64,000 nt of DNA, taken from contig JASFBA010000099.1 in assembly GCA_036172265.1 (NCBI GenBank), positions 631 through 64,630 on the forward strand. The letters run 5' to 3'. Of the stretch, positions 11,345 to 20,082 are shown piece after piece. The translations under genes were made by a program, and so were the position numbers. Source of the DNA: Chloroflexia bacterium. GTDB lineage: Bacteria; Chloroflexota; Chloroflexia; DTKN01. Every line of letters starts with the position of its first letter. Position 1 is the first letter of the stretch. Below the pieces are notes generated by a model, which was not told the origin of the DNA, ran no database searches, and worked only from the letters and a program-made list of their open reading frames with translations.

Positions 11345-11443
11345 TACGCCTTACGCAATACGCAATACGTAATACGTAATACGCAACATATAATACATAT
11401 TTCGTATTTCGTATTGCGTATTGCGTATTGCGTATTGCGTATT
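11345..11443. repeat. inverted arrays of tandem heptamers, (ACGYAAT)x5 then (ATTKCGT)x6, forming a long AT-rich hairpin between convergent genes
   Basis: The sequence cgcaatacgcaatacgtaatacgtaatacgcaa ... ttcgtatttcgtattgcgtattgcgtattgcgtattgcgtatt fills the entire 99-bp gap between the phnE stop (11344) and the UPF0182 stop (11444). It is AT-rich in a GC-rich genome. Confidence 0.6.
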
Positions 11444-14311
11444 TCATTTCTCCCCCAACCGCACCAACTCCTCCAGATCGCTTTCCAGCCCTTTCATCTC
11501 CTCCCCGTAGCAGGCCCAGTCGCCGCTACGCAAGCACTCCTGGGCCCGCCGGTAATGTTCCTGGGCCGAACGGACCACCTCTTCCCAACCCCGCCCCTCC
11601 ACCGGCCCGGCCTCCGCCTCCAGAACGGCCCGCAGTGCCCTCTCCAGCGTCTCGGCCATGGCCACCCGTTCCCCACAGGCCACCACCACCCGCTTCAGTT
11701 CGGGAATCTGGCCGGCCTCGGCCTGCAGATAGATAGGAGCCACATAGAGCAGGCTCTGGTCCACCGGGATGACCAGGAGGTTTCCCCGGATAACGCTGGA
11801 GCCACGCTGATCCCACAGAGTGAACTGCTGGGAGATAAAGGGGTCCTGGTTTATACGCGCTTCGATTTGCAGGGGCCCGTAGATCAGGCTCTGCTTGGGG
11901 AATTTGAAGATGCCCAGCCGGCCGTAGTCTTCCCCGTCGCACTGCACATGCATCCAGGCGATCATGTTGTCCCGGCCAACCGGGGTGAAAGGAACCATCA
12001 GCAGGAACTCTTCCTCTTCCCAGTCCGGCAGGCGCATAATGACGTAGTAGGCGTCCATCTCCCGGATTTCGTCCCCGTAGGTCTCCCGGGCAAAGTGCCA
12101 GGCATCCTCTTTATTATAAAATACCTGGGGGTCGCGCATATGATAGGTGGCATAGATGGCGCTCTGGATGCGGAAGAGTTCCTCTGGATAACGCCAGTGG
12201 GCACGTAGCCCCGGTGACATCTCCTCCGCCGGCCGGAAGAGGTCGGGGAAGATGCGAGCATAGGTTTGCGCTAGTGGATCCCCGGGGTCAACGAGGTAGA
12301 AGGTGGTGATGCCCTCATAGGCATCCACGACCACTTTGACCGAGTTGCGGATGTAGTTGAGGCCGTCCACCGGCCGGGAGTAGGGGTACATACCGCTTGT
12401 GGTATAGGCGTCCTGAAGCCAGTAGATTTTGCCGTCCAGAATGACCGGATAGGGGTCGTAATCGTATTCCAGGAAAGGGGCAATGGCCCGGACACGCTCC
12501 TGAATCGTGCGACGGAAGAGGAGGCGGCTCTCCGGGGTGATGTACTCGCTCACGAGGATCGGGAGGTCCCCAAAGCGCAGGGCAAAGGCCAGCCGGCGGA
12601 CAAGGGAGCCGATGGACACGCCATCCCGCCCCCTGTAGGTGGTGAAGACATTTTCGTCGCCTTGGGGATAATCAAACTCCCGGGTCGTCGTTTTGACGAT
12701 AATATAGGTATCGGTCTGCTCGCCGAAGTAGACTTCCGGCCGGACGAGTTTCAGTTCTTGGTAATCGGTCTCGGGCGGGATGTTCCGAATCAGCAGGCGT
12801 GGTTGCCCCTCGGCGGTGAACTCGTTCACCGGGCTGAGGACCACCCCGTAGCCGTGGGTATAGACCAGGTGGCGGTTGACCCAGGTCTGGGCCGTCTCCG
12901 GAAGTTGGTCCACCGAGAGTTCCCGGACCGAAAGTTCCACCTCGCGATAGCGATCGCCCAGCCGGTAGCGTTCTACGTCAATGTCGTAGAAGTTATAATA
13001 AAGACGGATTTCCTGGAGTTGGCTGTAGGTCTGGTATAGGGGACGATGATCCCATAGCCGGATGTTTTGGATCGTGCCAGTGTTCTCCAAAACCTTGGGC
13101 AGGGTCAGCGTCCCGGTAAGAGGGAAGTCTTCCTCCGCCACCTCTTCCAGCCGATAGGCCTCCAGGGTGGAGCGGATGTTATATTCGATGTAAGGGCGCT
13201 CCATATCCAGTTCGCTCGGGCTCACAAGGAACGACTGAACGAAGGAGGGGTAAAGCGTTCCCAGGAGAAAAAGGCTGACCAGCCAGAGGCCCAGGCCAAG
13301 GGCCAGGAATTTCCAGGTGCGCCGCCACAGGTTCAAAAGGAGGAGGATAGCACAGGCCACCACGATGCCGGTCAGGATGTTGTAGGCCGGCCAGCGGGCA
13401 TGGACATCGGTATAGCCGGCCCCGTAGGCCGCCCGGGTCTGCGAATAGACGAGCATCTGGACCTGCAACTGGTAATCCCAGGCCTTGATCAGGAGGAAGA
13501 GAGCACCCAAAACGGAAAGATGGGCCAGCGGGAACGAGAAGGGAAGGCGCGGACGGACACTCTCGGACGGGCCCCACCCCAGGTCCCGAGCCGAAGGTCG
13601 TCGCCTCCGTAAACCCAAGGCGTAAACCAGGGCGGTCAGGAGGCCTGCCGGGATCACCAGCCAGAAGAGGGCGTTTTTCACATCCAGGAGCAACGGCAGT
13701 TGGAAGAGGTAGTACCCCACATCCCGGCCGAAGAGGGGGTCCGTCCGGCCGACCGGCGTGGCATAAAAGAAGCGCAGGACGTCCATCCAGCGCCCCTGGG
13801 CCGAAAGCCCCATCGCCAGGCCGAAACCGGCCGCCACCAGCCAGAGGAGAACCAGGCCCAGCCGGCGGCCGGCCGACGAGCCGGTTTCCCACGATTCCCG
13901 CCGACGCAGCCAGCGCCAGGCCGGGAGAAAGTTTCCTCCAAAGAAAAGGGTGGTGATCACCCCGGCCCCCAGGAAGAGAAGAAGGCGGCTGAGGAGTTGG
14001 GTGGTAAAGATAGAAAGGTAGCCCACCGACTCGAACCAGAGATACTCGGTATACCAGTAGACGCCGGCCGTGAGGAGGAGAACCAAGAGAAGCAGGACGA
14101 TGCCAAGCGCGATCCAGCCACCAAGACGAATTCTGGAACCCCAGCGCGGGAGACCCCGGCGGCGGAGGAAAAAGCCCAGGATCACCAGCGCTTCCAGGAT
14201 CAGAAAAGCAACCAGGATTCCCCACTGTTCGGCAACGGCCAAGACAAAGGCGATGGAAAGTTCTGTGCCGACCAGGATGAGGACCAGTTGGCGACGCTTC
14301 CGAGGTTCCAT
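11444..14311 (-). CDS. UPF0182 family membrane protein
   Basis: 955 aa. Several N-terminal TM helices are followed by a YWYTEYLWFESVGY motif and a large soluble region, the architecture typical of the UPF0182 family. Confidence 0.8.
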   Translation of the reverse strand: MEPRKRRQLVLILVGTELSIAFVLAVAEQWGILVAFLILEALVILGFFLRRRGLPRWGSRIRLGGWIALGIVLLLLVLLLTAGVYWYTEYLWFESVGYLSIFTTQLLSRLLLFLGAGVITTLFFGGNFLPAWRWLRRRESWETGSSAGRRLGLVLLWLVAAGFGLAMGLSAQGRWMDVLRFFYATPVGRTDPLFGRDVGYYLFQLPLLLDVKNALFWLVIPAGLLTALVYALGLRRRRPSARDLGWGPSESVRPRLPFSFPLAHLSVLGALFLLIKAWDYQLQVQMLVYSQTRAAYGAGYTDVHARWPAYNILTGIVVACAILLLLNLWRRTWKFLALGLGLWLVSLFLLGTLYPSFVQSFLVSPSELDMERPYIEYNIRSTLEAYRLEEVAEEDFPLTGTLTLPKVLENTGTIQNIRLWDHRPLYQTYSQLQEIRLYYNFYDIDVERYRLGDRYREVELSVRELSVDQLPETAQTWVNRHLVYTHGYGVVLSPVNEFTAEGQPRLLIRNIPPETDYQELKLVRPEVYFGEQTDTYIIVKTTTREFDYPQGDENVFTTYRGRDGVSIGSLVRRLAFALRFGDLPILVSEYITPESRLLFRRTIQERVRAIAPFLEYDYDPYPVILDGKIYWLQDAYTTSGMYPYSRPVDGLNYIRNSVKVVVDAYEGITTFYLVDPGDPLAQTYARIFPDLFRPAEEMSPGLRAHWRYPEELFRIQSAIYATYHMRDPQVFYNKEDAWHFARETYGDEIREMDAYYVIMRLPDWEEEEFLLMVPFTPVGRDNMIAWMHVQCDGEDYGRLGIFKFPKQSLIYGPLQIEARINQDPFISQQFTLWDQRGSSVIRGNLLVIPVDQSLLYVAPIYLQAEAGQIPELKRVVVACGERVAMAETLERALRAVLEAEAGPVEGRGWEEVVRSAQEHYRRAQECLRSGDWACYGEEMKGLESDLEELVRLGEK

Positions 14312-14320
14312 CGCTCCTCC

Positions 14321-15469
14321 TTACCTCTCTGTAGCCAAACGGTCGAGCCGCAGGGCGATACTTACGGCCAGGCGGGTGGCGCGCTCCAGCAGTTCCGGTT
14401 GAATGTGCGGGAAAGTATCATCCGGGCGATGCCAGCGGGCCGGCCGGCCATCTTTCAGGGCGGTGATGCTCAGGGCCGGGAAGCCGCACCGGAAAGCCAC
14501 CACGGCATCGCTATCGGCCAGTGTAAAGGCCCAGGGGTCGGCATCCACGGTGACATCGTCGGATTCGGCCTCTCCGGCCAGTTCCTCGAAACGGGAAGGG
14601 CATCGTCGAGGGCGAAACAAGCCGGATTCGACGATCAGGTGAAGATTTCCACCCCCAACGCTGTCCAAATTGACCACATAGGTCCTCTCCCGAGGGAAGG
14701 GATAGCGGCCGAGAAACCGGCGCACCCCGACCTGCCCGGCCTCCTGACAGCCGGTAGCCACCAGCCAGAGGTGGGTATAGGGCAATTCCTTGAGTTCGTC
14801 GGTCAACCTGAGGAGAACGGAGAGGCCGGAGGCGTTATCGTTGGCCCCGGCTACATAGGGTCGGGAAGCCTCCTGGATCAGGAGCAGAAGGAAAAGCAAC
14901 ATCAGGACACCGGCCGGAAGCCACTGGGCGTACCAGAATTCGACCGAGCCGAACCACCAGCCCAATCCGGAGAGGATGGGAAGGGCAAGGAAAAGGCCGA
15001 TGGTCAGAAAAAAGAAACGACGGCGGTTGACCACCAGGCGAGGGTGGTACAGGAAACCGGCCCGGCCGGTATCCAGATGGGCCAGAAAGATCAGGTGCTG
15101 GTGGGCCTCCCGAGCAGCCGGCCGTGTGCCGACAACGTTCTGGCTTTTGCCCAGAGGAAAACAGGAGGAAAGGATGGGAAAAGAAGGGGCTTCGGCTACA
15201 AAGACAAAAAAGGCCAGCAAAGAAGCCAAGGTCGCCGCCGGCCGGCTGTAGAGATAGAGGAGCGGGGTCAGAGCGGCGACCAGGTAGAGGATGGCCAGGG
15301 GCAGGGCCAGTGTGGGGAGAGCGCGGAAGGGCTGCACCTCTACCTCCAGGCCGGCCTGTCGCATCCGGGCGTTGATATAGGCCGCGGCCCGGGCTTCGGC
15401 GGCCGAGGTGGGCGGACGCGGACCGATCTCCTGAGCAAGATACTGGATGGCAGCCAGTTGTTCTTCCAT
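14321..15469 (-). CDS. M28 family zinc peptidase, membrane-embedded variant
   Basis: HLDT (HxD), GANDNASG and later metal-ligand regions. Hydrophobic TM segments are inserted mid-protein. Confidence 0.65.
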   Translation of the reverse strand: MEEQLAAIQYLAQEIGPRPPTSAAEARAAAYINARMRQAGLEVEVQPFRALPTLALPLAILYLVAALTPLLYLYSRPAATLASLLAFFVFVAEAPSFPILSSCFPLGKSQNVVGTRPAAREAHQHLIFLAHLDTGRAGFLYHPRLVVNRRRFFFLTIGLFLALPILSGLGWWFGSVEFWYAQWLPAGVLMLLFLLLLIQEASRPYVAGANDNASGLSVLLRLTDELKELPYTHLWLVATGCQEAGQVGVRRFLGRYPFPRERTYVVNLDSVGGGNLHLIVESGLFRPRRCPSRFEELAGEAESDDVTVDADPWAFTLADSDAVVAFRCGFPALSITALKDGRPARWHRPDDTFPHIQPELLERATRLAVSIALRLDRLATER

Positions 15470-15531
15470 AAGCGAGCCTCTCCGGTACGTTTCCTATCGA
15501 TTACGGACAAAGGGGGAAAAAAGTTGCCCTT

Positions 15532-16608
15532 CTATCTTTGGGCCAGCGCCCGCTTGAGGGCATGGATGGCCGGGATGGCGGTGGGATCGGCCCGGTAGAG
15601 CATGGCCAGGTAATAACTTACGGCGTCCCCCAGGAGCACGGTGGAAAGCATTTGGGCCAGCGGGCTTTTCCCCCGGCCGGCGACGGCACGGCAGGGAACT
15701 CCGGCCTCCTCGAACAGAAGACGGGTGGCTTCCTGCCGCAGACGGTTGCGCGGGTGGTCGTGCTCCGAGGTCAGGAAAAGGGCACGGACCTGACCGGCAA
15801 AGGAGGAGGGGTTGGCGGTCCCGGTGATGGCGTTATGGTCCATCTCCGGCAACTCCTCAAAGAAAGCCCACGACTTGCTGTTTTCGTTGAACTGGCCCTT
15901 CCAGCGACGGGCCACGGGAGCAAGGAGGTCGCTCCCGTAGACGGTGGGCAAATGGCCGTAGAGCCAGGTGGCCAGTTCCTTGGCCAGATTCCTCTCCAAG
16001 GGAACGGCCGGATCGACCTCGGCCCGAAGCACTTCCAGGACGGCAATGCTCTCCTCCACTTCCGGACTCATGTCCGGCAGAAGGTCCAGACGGACCAGGA
16101 CTCCCAGCAGAAGGAGGAAACTGTAGCCCAATGCCTCCCGGGGCTGGGCCGGGTAGTGGAAGGAAAGGAGGGAAACTCCCCATTCGGAAGCGCGGCGGGC
16201 CAGTTCTCCTCCGGTGGTTACGGCTACCATCGGTGCGCCTCGGCGGAAGGCTTCGGCGGCGGAGGAGAGGGTCTCCTCGGTGTTACCGGAGTAACTGGAG
16301 GCCAGGATCAGGGTCTGGGGGCCGGCCCAGGCCGGCAGGCCGTAGTTGCGGTGGACGAAGATAGGGATGGTCGCCAGATCCCGGGCCAGAGCGGCCAGGA
16401 GGTCACCTCCGATGGCCGATCCCCCCATACCGGCCACGACGACGGCCCGGGGCGGAAAGGAGAGCAGGGGCGGCTCCCATTTCCGGACGATGCGCCAAGC
16501 CTCACGACACTGGTCAGCCAGGTCAAAGAGGCGGGAACAGGCACCTGAAGGATCGTGTTCCGCGTAGACTTCCGGCCTATCCAGGTCCGGCAAGGACGAT
16601 CGGGCCAT
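15532..16608 (-). CDS. bifunctional phosphoglucose/phosphomannose isomerase (SIS domain)
   Basis: 358 aa. SIS motifs VVAGMGGSAIGGDL and ASSYSGNTEET, and the typical length of the archaeal-type PGI/PMI. Confidence 0.8.
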   Translation of the reverse strand: MARSSLPDLDRPEVYAEHDPSGACSRLFDLADQCREAWRIVRKWEPPLLSFPPRAVVVAGMGGSAIGGDLLAALARDLATIPIFVHRNYGLPAWAGPQTLILASSYSGNTEETLSSAAEAFRRGAPMVAVTTGGELARRASEWGVSLLSFHYPAQPREALGYSFLLLLGVLVRLDLLPDMSPEVEESIAVLEVLRAEVDPAVPLERNLAKELATWLYGHLPTVYGSDLLAPVARRWKGQFNENSKSWAFFEELPEMDHNAITGTANPSSFAGQVRALFLTSEHDHPRNRLRQEATRLLFEEAGVPCRAVAGRGKSPLAQMLSTVLLGDAVSYYLAMLYRADPTAIPAIHALKRALAQR

Positions 16609-16669
16609 GTTTTTTCCTTTCCTCCGCGGTTCGCACCACCCCCCATTATATCATAGGGCCACTTCCCCT

Positions 16670-19600
16670 TCAAATCTGGCTCCGAAGTATTTGCCCTTCC
16701 AGCAGCGCCAGCAGTCCATAGACCAGCCAGAAGGTGGCGGCCCAGTCGGGGGCAAAAAAGAGGCCGTCCAGGAAGCCGTGGAAAAGGGCATAGACAACGC
16801 TCCCCAGCAGGGCCAGGGCGAGAATCCGGCCGGCCGTCTCTGCGCCGCGCCGATAGGTGCGGAAAGCCCGGACCAGAAAGGCGCCATACAGCCATACCCC
16901 CACGGCCAACCCCAGTAGCCCCAGGCGCGTCCAGAACTCCAGGATGCCGTTGTTGGGGTTCCAGTAGGCCTCTCTCTCCCCGAAGAGGGCTCGGTAGTGG
17001 CTGTAGAAGGCGTCCAACCCCAGCCCCACCCACGGGCTCTGCTCCACCAGCACCCAGGCCTTGCGCCACAACTCCAGCCGGTTGAGCAAGGTATCCAGCG
17101 CCAGCAACCGACCCAGGCCTCCTGTAAGCCAAGCAAAAAGCCCCACCGCTGCCCCGGCCCCCAGTTCGATCCAGAGTACCGTCCGGCTGTGCACCAGGCC
17201 GTAGAGGAGCACGACCAGCGCTACGGCGATATAACCGGCCCGCGAGTAGGTCAGGACAAAGGCCAGCGTGATCGGCAACAGGGCCAGCCCGTAGAGCACC
17301 CGCCGGCACCCCATAGGCAGGAAAAGCGCCGCCGCAGCAGCCAGGACCAGCACCCGCCCCAGGAAAAGGGCCAGGGCGTTGGCCGAAAAGGTGCCATAGA
17401 CCGAGGTGGCCCGGCGCACCCCATCGGCCACCTCGGCCTGCATCCAGGGGGTCAGGACCTGCACGATGCCGCCCAACCCCACCAGTGCTCCGCTCAACAC
17501 CAGGGTGTCCACCGGCCACCAGGCCCGATCCTTCCGGCCGCGATAGGCCAGCAGAAGAAGCGGATAGAGGAGCAGCGGTTCCAGGATCGTCACCCGATAC
17601 TCCCGCAGGGAAAGGCGGAGCAGGCCGGCCCCTTCGACCGTCGGAAAAGCGGGGTCCGTGCTCCAGAGGAGCGAACCGGTGCAGACCAGCAAAAAGGCCA
17701 GGGCCGGCAGGAGCAGTCCCCAAGACCGGTTTCTTCCGGGACGCAGGACTTCCGGGTGCCGCAGGACGTGCATTCCTCCGGCGACGGCGCAGGCCAGGAG
17801 GGCAATTTCCAGGAGGGAGAAACGCCCTCCGGCCAGTGTGGCTGGCTGAGCATAGAGGGGGATAACGAAGACGGCCCCCAGGAGGGCCAGGTCCAGCCGC
17901 AGGAGGGCCAGGAGCACCAGGACGACCAGGGCGGCCAAGGCGGCAGGAAACGGCAGCGGGCGATAGATGGCGGCCAAGGCCAGGGCCAGCCCGCCCAAGA
18001 TGATCGGCCGCTGCCAGCGTTCTGGGATGCGCCGAAAGCGTTCCACCCAACGCCACAGCCAGGACCAGAAGGCCTCCAATCCGGCCGGCAGACGCAGGAG
18101 GAGCAGAGCAGACACCGCTACCAGCCCCAGGGAAAAGGCGGCCGTAAGCGTAGGAAAGAGCCATGGGTAAGGAGGTTCCCGCACGATATAACAGCCGCGC
18201 AGCACCCCGGCCGGCCCTTCGACGACGAAGGTGTGTCGTCCATCGGTCAGGCCCTCAGCAGCGATGTAGCGGGCCTCTATCCCCTCGTTTCGCCAGAACT
18301 TTAGGAGACAAGGCCGCCCGTCTACTTCAACCCGGACAGTCGAAGGACTTACCCCACTCGGCAGGAGCAGGTCCAGGCGCGTACCCAGAAAAGCCTCTTC
18401 TACGCGCCCGACGGCCTCCAGCGTGTGATAGCCTACGCCCAAGGGGATGCCTTCTTTTGCCCAGGCCTGTACGATCTCGTAGGCCGGCAATGGGGTGAAG
18501 TCGTAGCCCACCAGGGCGAAAAATTGGGTGGGGTCCTCCGCCTTTGGGGGAGGGCCGCCCCAGCGCAGGAACCAGAGGTTCCGTACCCCCATCCAGGGCC
18601 ACTCGCTCAGGGAACGTTCCAGCGCCTCCACGATGTATCGGCCCTTGACTTCCTCGCTGACCGATTCCCCCCACGGACTGGGCCGGCCGCTCCATCCCGG
18701 CGGCGTGGCATTCCATCCCAGTTCGCCCACCCAGACGGCCTTCCCCTCGTCGCCAAAGCGCTCCATCACCTCACGTAAAAGCACCACCCGGGAGACATCG
18801 GTGCGGGTGACCGGACGCCACTTTCCCCGGTCAAACCCCAAAGGGGAACGCTCGGTAGGAGGCTGTCCCAGGCCGTACAGTTGGGCCGACATCACCTCGA
18901 AGCAACCTTTCCCACCTGCCTGGTAGACCGCTTCCAGAAAGGCCAGGTCGCTCATGTGGCGTGGGTCCAGTCCGTCATTGGGGGCCAGGCTGGGGAAAAG
19001 CACGGTGACCGTGGGGTCGGCCTCTTTGGCCCGCCGGTAGCCCAGACAGAGGAGTTCGACGAAGCGCTGGGGGTCGATCGGGGCCCAGTTCCACTCGTTG
19101 GCCAGGTTGGGCTCGTTCCAAATTTGGATATAGTGCACCTTTCCCCGGTAACGGGAGACGACTGCGTAGACAAAGTCGCCATAGTCCTCCAGGCGGTCCG
19201 GCGGCCCGGTGATGTCCCGGTTGGGATCCTCGGCCAGGGCGGCGCGAAGGCGCTCCGAAGCCAGGGCCTCTGGCCGGGCCCAATCCGGCGGCCGGTCCAG
19301 GCGGACGATGAGTTCCAGCCCATACTCCTGGACCAGGGCCACGATCCGGTCGTAATGCTCCCAGGTGCTCCGGGCATAGCGCTCGTCCCAGAAATCCCCC
19401 TTGGCATCCGGCTCGATTTGATCCCAGGGAAACTGCTGTTTGACCCAGCGGGCACCCATCTGCACCGCCATCTCCAGCGTTCGACGGATGGCCGCCTCGT
19501 CCGGTTCGCGATCCAGGAAGAGGTTGACCCCCAGGGGTGGGACATCGGCCTGAGGAATGCGGGGAAGGTCGGCTCCCCAGGCTATGCCGCGCTGGAAGGC

Positions 19601-19753
19601 GTTATCCAGCCCGAGAACTAGCCCCAGGCCGGCCGTAAGCAGGGCTAGAAGCAAAAAGAAAACCCCGATTTGACAAAATTGAAGTTTTGTGGTATACTGA
19701 TTTTTTGAAGTTTCGCTAAAATTAGACCTGTACTTATGCGGTGGGGCATCCAT
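16670..19753 (-). CDS. fusion protein: N-terminal clan GH-A glycoside hydrolase domain plus C-terminal O-antigen ligase/polymerase-like (Wzy_C) polytopic membrane domain
   Basis: 1027 aa. The GH-A signature IQIWNEPNLANEW follows FPWDQIEP. The C-terminal TYSRAGYIAVALVVL block sits among many TM helices. The true start is uncertain because the 5' end overlaps the rpoB promoter. Confidence 0.6.
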   Translation of the reverse strand: MDAPPHKYRSNFSETSKNQYTTKLQFCQIGVFFLLLALLTAGLGLVLGLDNAFQRGIAWGADLPRIPQADVPPLGVNLFLDREPDEAAIRRTLEMAVQMGARWVKQQFPWDQIEPDAKGDFWDERYARSTWEHYDRIVALVQEYGLELIVRLDRPPDWARPEALASERLRAALAEDPNRDITGPPDRLEDYGDFVYAVVSRYRGKVHYIQIWNEPNLANEWNWAPIDPQRFVELLCLGYRRAKEADPTVTVLFPSLAPNDGLDPRHMSDLAFLEAVYQAGGKGCFEVMSAQLYGLGQPPTERSPLGFDRGKWRPVTRTDVSRVVLLREVMERFGDEGKAVWVGELGWNATPPGWSGRPSPWGESVSEEVKGRYIVEALERSLSEWPWMGVRNLWFLRWGGPPPKAEDPTQFFALVGYDFTPLPAYEIVQAWAKEGIPLGVGYHTLEAVGRVEEAFLGTRLDLLLPSGVSPSTVRVEVDGRPCLLKFWRNEGIEARYIAAEGLTDGRHTFVVEGPAGVLRGCYIVREPPYPWLFPTLTAAFSLGLVAVSALLLLRLPAGLEAFWSWLWRWVERFRRIPERWQRPIILGGLALALAAIYRPLPFPAALAALVVLVLLALLRLDLALLGAVFVIPLYAQPATLAGGRFSLLEIALLACAVAGGMHVLRHPEVLRPGRNRSWGLLLPALAFLLVCTGSLLWSTDPAFPTVEGAGLLRLSLREYRVTILEPLLLYPLLLLAYRGRKDRAWWPVDTLVLSGALVGLGGIVQVLTPWMQAEVADGVRRATSVYGTFSANALALFLGRVLVLAAAAALFLPMGCRRVLYGLALLPITLAFVLTYSRAGYIAVALVVLLYGLVHSRTVLWIELGAGAAVGLFAWLTGGLGRLLALDTLLNRLELWRKAWVLVEQSPWVGLGLDAFYSHYRALFGEREAYWNPNNGILEFWTRLGLLGLAVGVWLYGAFLVRAFRTYRRGAETAGRILALALLGSVVYALFHGFLDGLFFAPDWAATFWLVYGLLALLEGQILRSQI
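19669..19698 (+). promoter_or_regulatory. near-consensus sigma-A promoter upstream of rpoB
   Basis: TTGACA (19669-19674), 18-bp spacer, TGgTATACT (extended -10, 19690-19698), in an AT-rich island. Confidence 0.5.
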
Positions 19754-20082
19754 TGATCGTTCCGATCACCAGGAGATGGGCGGCCGAAGCGGGAGCACCC
19801 ATCTTCCTGTTTCTTTGGCCTTCGGGCCGGATAGCCGGTTCGATTCTGACAACGGGCAAGGGCGAAAAGTTCGCCTCTATCAAACGGAAGGCATTATACC
19901 CGATAACCGGCTTTTTTGTCCAACAGGCGGGGGATGACCTTTGGGGTATATAGCCTGACCGTTCCCTCGTGGTGCCCCTCATCCGCAAAAGGGTGGAAAA
20001 TCGCCCCTACTGGAACGGTGTGCAAAGAAGCGAGAATTCCCGCGGTAGGCGCGAGCAGTTCGATTGCGCCGAGGAGCAGAAG

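Noticed and set aside
11345-11443. CRISPR array
   Set aside because: The repeats are 7-bp heptamers with no spacers, arranged as inverted arrays. There is no cas gene nearby.
19830-19875. tRNA-like T-arm (ggttcgattc) in the rpoB leader
   Set aside because: The flanking bases do not form a T-stem or acceptor stem, and no cloverleaf can be drawn.
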